From a virus (lineage: Duplodnaviria; Caudoviricetes): a DNA stretch of 29,292 nt. Location: the IMG/VR virus record IMGVR_UViG_3300036857_000070, positions 1 through 29,292 of that record; one strand, 5' to 3'. The number at the start of each line of letters is the position of its first letter. Positions within the stretch are counted from its first letter, which is position 1. Below, in pieces: positions 25,835 to 29,292 of this stretch. Made by a program: the position numbers and the translations under genes. Under the pieces are notes generated by a model that saw only the letters and a program-made list of their open reading frames with translations, was not told the origin of the DNA and did not search any database.

Positions 25835-25944
25835 AAAATAGAAAATAAGCGCACGGGGCCGCTTGCACTTATTGCCCCGATTAAAATTATGCCTGGAGCA
25901 TCTGAGGAACTACGCCTCAGCGAAAACAAAACAAGAAAGGAACC

Positions 25945-26235
25945 ATGAAAGCACAAGCGATCCTAAGAGACGGTGGAACGATCACTGTCGAAGGATGCGA
26001 CTTCGTGATAGACGGAGATGGTCGCCCGACAAAGAAAGGCGATTGGTATATCGCAGAAAGGAATACTGGCCCAAAGCTACTAACGGTCAAGTGTTTTTGT
26101 TACTACACGTCCAGCAACGAAGATATCGAAAAGACAGACGATGTTCGTGCTCTCCACGATCCTTCGTGGATCAATCCCGTCGAATCCGAATACGCATATG
26201 ACTATCACGAATGCGTCAAAGTAAAGGAGGTGTAA
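25945..26235 (+). CDS. Hypothetical protein (96 aa)
   Basis: GAAAGGA RBS; TAATG overlap with the next gene. Confidence 0.8.
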   Translation: MKAQAILRDGGTITVEGCDFVIDGDGRPTKKGDWYIAERNTGPKLLTVKCFCYYTSSNEDIEKTDDVRALHDPSWINPVESEYAYDYHECVKVKEV

Positions 26236-26411
26236 TGAGAATCGAAGAAGATATGCCCGGTTGGGATTGCGCCACGATGGGCAATCACTACTGTGGGAGT
26301 TGGATTATGACAAAGGGAACAGCACTTGTTTCGTGCGTCGATCTAGCTGCACCGTTCAAGTGGGCATTCTGCACGTTCATGTGGTTGTTTACTGGTGACC
26401 TTCCGTTCTAA
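26235..26411 (+). CDS. Hypothetical protein with an EDxPxWDCxTMGNxxCG motif
   Basis: ATG 26235 follows AAGGAGGTG. I recall the motif from small actinobacteriophage proteins (not verified by search). Confidence 0.72.
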   Translation: MRIEEDMPGWDCATMGNHYCGSWIMTKGTALVSCVDLAAPFKWAFCTFMWLFTGDLPF

Positions 26412-26421
26412 GGAGCAGAAC

Positions 26422-26574
26422 GTGAAATCTGGAAAGAAGATTGCTAGGGGCGCAGAGAAGCGCAGCATCCATCACAATGCTGCGATTCTCGAACGTAACA
26501 AGAAGGGTATCGACAATCCCAAGGCTTTCAAGTCTCCTGGTTCACGCAACAAGAAGAGAACCGGCGGCTGCTAA
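26422..26574 (+). CDS. Hypothetical basic protein (50 aa)
   Basis: GTG follows AAGGAG; ...AFKSPGSRNKKRTGGC*. Confidence 0.7.
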   Translation: MKSGKKIARGAEKRSIHHNAAILERNKKGIDNPKAFKSPGSRNKKRTGGC

Positions 26575-26575
26575 A

Positions 26576-26800
26576 GTGTACGAAGATGCACCATACCTCA
26601 AGTTCGAGAAATCTGTAGTGCTAAGAGCTGAAAGATATCACAAGGCTCTACCTTGTGATATCTGCGGCAAACTGATGAAGAAAGGAGATAGATTCCGACG
26701 TCAGTTCGTAGTTACAGATGATGGAATCTGGACAGTGAAACGTCATCTGGAATGTGAAAACAGACTACTATCGGGGGATCTCTATGACACTCGATCTTGA
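26576..26800 (+). CDS. Hypothetical zinc-binding protein (CxxC...HxxC)
   Basis: CDICG...HLEC; probable GTG start at 26576, just after the upstream stop. Confidence 0.68.
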   Translation: MYEDAPYLKFEKSVVLRAERYHKALPCDICGKLMKKGDRFRRQFVVTDDGIWTVKRHLECENRLLSGDLYDTRS

Positions 26801-26957
26801 TTCAAACGTCGTCTATGCAATTTTGGCGACAATCGTAGCAGTTGTTTTGATTGTCAAAGCAACGACAGTTATTCGGCTCTACAAGCGACCGAGTGTTCCA
26901 AACGGAAACCAGGCAAAGCCATATGACCAGTCAGCATGGGAAAGGACTACACAGTAG
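26784..26957 (+). CDS. Small single-pass membrane protein
   Basis: ATG follows GGGGGA; hydrophobic VVYAILATIVAVVLIV. Confidence 0.7.
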   Translation: MTLDLDSNVVYAILATIVAVVLIVKATTVIRLYKRPSVPNGNQAKPYDQSAWERTTQ

Positions 26958-26959
26958 CA

Positions 26960-27166
26960 ATGGATAAGCCGATCACCTTGAACGTCAAGGTCATTCTAGG
27001 CGTTCTAGCCGCACTTTTTAGTATCGGGGCAGGTATTTATTTGACCTTCTCAAACAGTGCCGCAGACATTCCAACAGTGTTCGACGCGATGATGCATGGT
27101 GCAGGGTGCTACTTCATCGGTCGAGGACTTTGGATGATTTACGAACTGGCAACACAAGCTGAATAG
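26960..27166 (+). CDS. Small membrane protein with two transmembrane segments
   Basis: VILGVLAALFSIGAGIYLTF and AMMHGAGCYFIGRGLWMIY. Confidence 0.72.
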   Translation: MDKPITLNVKVILGVLAALFSIGAGIYLTFSNSAADIPTVFDAMMHGAGCYFIGRGLWMIYELATQAE

Positions 27167-27215
27167 TAGAAATCCCTCCCAAGTGCAAACACACTGTGGG
27201 AGGTTTTTGTACTAT
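27163..27215 (+). repeat. Early-region hairpin element, core member 4
   Basis: ATAGTA-G-AAATCCCTCCCA...TGGGAGGTTTTT-G-TACTAT, then CAAAGGAG. Confidence 0.88.
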
Positions 27216-27228
27216 CAAAGGAGCGAAC

Positions 27229-27303
27229 ATGATAAGACTAGGATGGTGGGCAATCTACACCATCGCAATCGGCATGGTCATCCTCGAGTACGTAAGCAAG
27301 TAA
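27229..27303 (+). CDS. Small hydrophobic peptide (24 aa)
   Basis: MIRLGWWAIYTIAIGMVILEYVSK*; AAAGGAG RBS. Confidence 0.65.
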   Translation: MIRLGWWAIYTIAIGMVILEYVSK

Positions 27304-27318
27304 CATGAAGGAGCAATC

Positions 27319-27489
27319 ATGAATCGTACAGAAATGCGGGAACTTAGTCATCAGTTGCAAACCCTACCGAACTTCGTACTTCGCATGTTGTCTGATCATC
27401 CTAACCAAACCGCAGAACTCGCAGCGAACGAGCTGATCGTGAGGAGCGTGAGGAGCGTGAAGGAACGTGTACTACATTCACAAGCATGA
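27319..27489 (+). CDS. Hypothetical protein (56 aa)
   Basis: AAGGAGCAATC-ATG; MNRTEMRELSHQL... Confidence 0.68.
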   Translation: MNRTEMRELSHQLQTLPNFVLRMLSDHPNQTAELAANELIVRSVRSVKERVLHSQA

Positions 27490-27763
27490 GGTAACTCAAG
27501 CATACGGTGGTCCCGAGGAAGGAGATTGGTGGTATAATGCGGGAACACCAGATGAACACTGGGAGGTTCTGTCGTATCACGCAGAATCAACAGCGAACGC
27601 CAAGTGCCGTCAGCTAAATGAACAGGAACACGAAAGACGCAAGAAGGAAGAGAGGTACGACTACACTTCCGTGCTTAGTTACCACAGCACATTTTACGCA
27701 TACTCAGTGCATGACACGGAAGTGATGGAACACTACCCCAAGGCTAGACCGCACTACGAATAA
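27467..27763 (+). CDS. Hypothetical phage protein (YGGPEEGxWW...RPHYE)
   Basis: GTG start after AAGGA; Tyr/Glu-rich. Confidence 0.8.
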   Translation: MYYIHKHEVTQAYGGPEEGDWWYNAGTPDEHWEVLSYHAESTANAKCRQLNEQEHERRKKEERYDYTSVLSYHSTFYAYSVHDTEVMEHYPKARPHYE

Positions 27764-27772
27764 GGGAGATAT

Positions 27773-28183
27773 ATGGAAAGAAAAGTCTATGGTCCGTATT
27801 GGAGGAAGGATGGTAGAGCACACGTAATTATTTTGACTCCAGGTAAGGCCAGAAGAACAGTCTCTTATCCAAGATATCTCATGGAACAGCATCTTGGAAG
27901 GATTCTTGAAGACTGGGAAACAGTCGATCATATCGACGGCGATCCAACAAATAATGACATTCCAAATCTTCAGATTCTTTCTCGTAGTGAAAACATAAGT
28001 AAGAGTGCAAAGCCAAGAGAACTAATCACTTTTACTTGTCCAGTCTGCGGAACTGTAGCTACCAAGTATGCAAACGACGTAAAGCACAATCGCAAACAAG
28101 GAAGATCTGGACCTTTTTGTAGTAGGAAATGTGCAGGAACATTTTCGGCCATGAGGCAACATCATGGAATAGAGTTGGACTAA
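27773..28183 (+). CDS. HNH endonuclease with a C-terminal zinc ribbon (putative homing endonuclease)
   Basis: RYLMEQHLGR.L...ETVDHIDGDPTNNDIPNLQILSRSEN; CPVC...FCSRKC. Confidence 0.92.
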   Translation: MERKVYGPYWRKDGRAHVIILTPGKARRTVSYPRYLMEQHLGRILEDWETVDHIDGDPTNNDIPNLQILSRSENISKSAKPRELITFTCPVCGTVATKYANDVKHNRKQGRSGPFCSRKCAGTFSAMRQHHGIELD

Positions 28184-28196
28184 GTTCTTGCTTAAC

Positions 28197-28280
28197 GCGG
28201 ACGTGGTGAAATAGGTAAACATAGCGGCCTTAAAAGCCGTGGCTAGAAATAGCTTGTGGGTTCGAGTCCCACCGTCCGCA
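28197..28280 (+). tRNA. tRNA-Leu (anticodon UAA)
   Basis: Acceptor stem GCGGACG/CGTCCGC plus discriminator A; anticodon arm GCGGC-CTTAAAA-GCCGT (TAA at 28231-28233); long variable arm; T arm GTGGG-TTCGAGT-CCCAC; CCA not encoded. Confidence 0.95.
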
Positions 28281-28303
28281 ATGTTCTACAAGAAAGGAGA
28301 AAC

Positions 28304-28561
28304 ATGGATAATGAACTAAGTCTTGATGATGTTCTTGCTTTTCAAAAGCCAAGACGAACTGTCTGGAGAGATAGTACAGTTCTTCATTCCGAAGTCGAAA
28401 GTCATGATAAGAAGATCGTAGAGTTCAGCGGTAGGAAGTTTGTTGCTGAAATCTCAGTTGTAACTACAACGACGAAGCACGTTTCTGTTCGAGAGTTCGA
28501 TCCAGAAAACAACTACAGTGATGCACTACAGGAATTTGTAAAGGGGGATGATGGTGACTGA
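28304..28561 (+). CDS. Hypothetical protein (85 aa)
   Basis: ATG 28304 follows GAAAGGAG; the longer track ORF starts inside the tRNA. Confidence 0.8.
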   Translation: MDNELSLDDVLAFQKPRRTVWRDSTVLHSEVESHDKKIVEFSGRKFVAEISVVTTTTKHVSVREFDPENNYSDALQEFVKGDDGD

Positions 28562-28805
28562 TCAGGCATACGAACTGGTTGACGTCGAATGGGACGAGGA
28601 TCTTTCTCCTGCTCGCAAGATCGTTAATCAGTTCATCGAGAGTGGAAAGCCAATTGCAGGAATCAAGGGTGAGCGTTCATTCTTGATCAGTGTCAAGCGG
28701 ATGATCCGTGGAGACAAGGTTTTCAAGGATCAAATCGAGTATCAGATGCGAGGCGACATTCTCAAGCTACGGAGAAAGGATCTCGTACAGAATGGAGAAC
28801 AGTAA
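28548..28805 (+). CDS. Hypothetical protein (about 85 aa)
   Basis: AAGGGGGA RBS; overlaps both neighbours. Confidence 0.75.
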   Translation: MMVTDQAYELVDVEWDEDLSPARKIVNQFIESGKPIAGIKGERSFLISVKRMIRGDKVFKDQIEYQMRGDILKLRRKDLVQNGEQ

Positions 28806-29022
28806 GAAGCGTGGAGGAACGTGGATTAGAGAACCGGACGGTGCAACTATGTTGTACTATAGTCCCTTTCTTTTCAACGATCCTCCGACTGCCCTAAGGA
28901 ATCGTCGGCCAGAAGATAAGTGGTATCGAGTGGAGTACGATATTCTTCCTGACTGGAAGAACATCAACTGGCCGGACGACGTTGAATCACTCAAGCCGGG
29001 CGAATGGATAAGGGTGCATTGA
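28792..29022 (+). CDS. Hypothetical protein (76 aa)
   Basis: Probable ATG at 28792 (MENSKKRGG); TGATG overlap with the next gene. Confidence 0.68.
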   Translation: MENSKKRGGTWIREPDGATMLYYSPFLFNDPPTALRNRRPEDKWYRVEYDILPDWKNINWPDDVESLKPGEWIRVH

Positions 29023-29292
29023 TGACGGAACAAGAATTCATCACACAAGCAAAGCTCGATTGGGAAGATAGTGAAATCAACGATATCGAGGATGCACTAG
29101 AAGCTTGCTACCAGAACGGTAGCTACGATGACATTGGAGGTGACGTAGAAGCGCCCACAGGGCATTATTACAAGATCGACCAATGGATCGTTGTAACAGA
29201 CAACCAGGGCTTTCATAAGATTACTGAATGGCCCACCGTCGAAGATGCAGAGAAACACTTCGATGAACTGGAGAAGGAATACGAGAAATGGA
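29022..29292 (+). CDS. Hypothetical very acidic protein, truncated by the window edge
   Basis: MTEQEFITQAKLDWEDSEINDIEDALE...; open to the end of the window. Confidence 0.75.
   Translation, partial: MTEQEFITQAKLDWEDSEINDIEDALEACYQNGSYDDIGGDVEAPTGHYYKIDQWIVVTDNQGFHKITEWPTVEDAEKHFDELEKEYEKW

Noticed and set aside
25843-25878. Possible pseudoknot (AATAAGCGCA/TGCACTTATT with CGGGGC/GCCCCG) or promoter
   Set aside because: The connecting loops are too short for both stems to form, and TTGCAC to TAAAAT spacing is only 13 bp. A promoter in this AT-rich gap remains possible but is unsupported.
26960-27166. Two-TM protein as a holin
   Set aside because: No endolysin nearby, and it sits among early-type genes.
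23357-27215. Hairpin family as a CRISPR array or classical integron
   Set aside because: Copies are separated by whole genes and vary internally. There are no cas genes, no GTTRRRY/RYYYAAC cores and no integrase in the window.
27438-27464. 9-bp tandem repeat CGTGAGGAG x2 plus a partial copy
   Set aside because: Short and frame-preserving; most simply a slippage duplication.
1-29292. Stop-codon reassignment
   Set aside because: Long genes are intact in the standard code; TAA, TAG and TGA all end genes at coupled junctions; the tRNA is not a suppressor.

Overview
This window is a 29.3-kb piece of a long-tailed dsDNA (siphovirus-like) phage genome; the host is probably Actinomycetota or another Gram-positive lineage (inference). 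Bases 1-20326 form one tightly coupled minus-strand virion operon. In transcription order it holds a terS-like gene, a block of accessory virion genes with a glycosyltransferase, terL, a Mu-like portal and protease/scaffold, cement, capsid, neck genes, tail tube, a -1 frameshifted tail chaperone and the tape measure (which runs off the left edge). At about 20420 the coding strand and base composition switch abruptly, probably at the junction of the genome ends. A GC-rich block follows, with a candidate structured ncRNA and a gene bracketed by inverted repeats. After that comes a plus-strand array of about 30 small early-type ORFs, an HNH endonuclease and a tRNA-Leu(UAA). The most unusual signals are: (1) a family of long hairpins that each carry the TAG stop of one gene and abut the RBS of the next, dividing the early region into cassette-like units; (2) nested inverted repeats around the first plus-strand gene; (3) a chimeric duplication upstream of terL that stacks two small genes; (4) tandem AAATAT-N17-TATA(A/C)T promoters; (5) a perfect LexA-type box. 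All product calls rest on motif and synteny recognition; no database searches were run.
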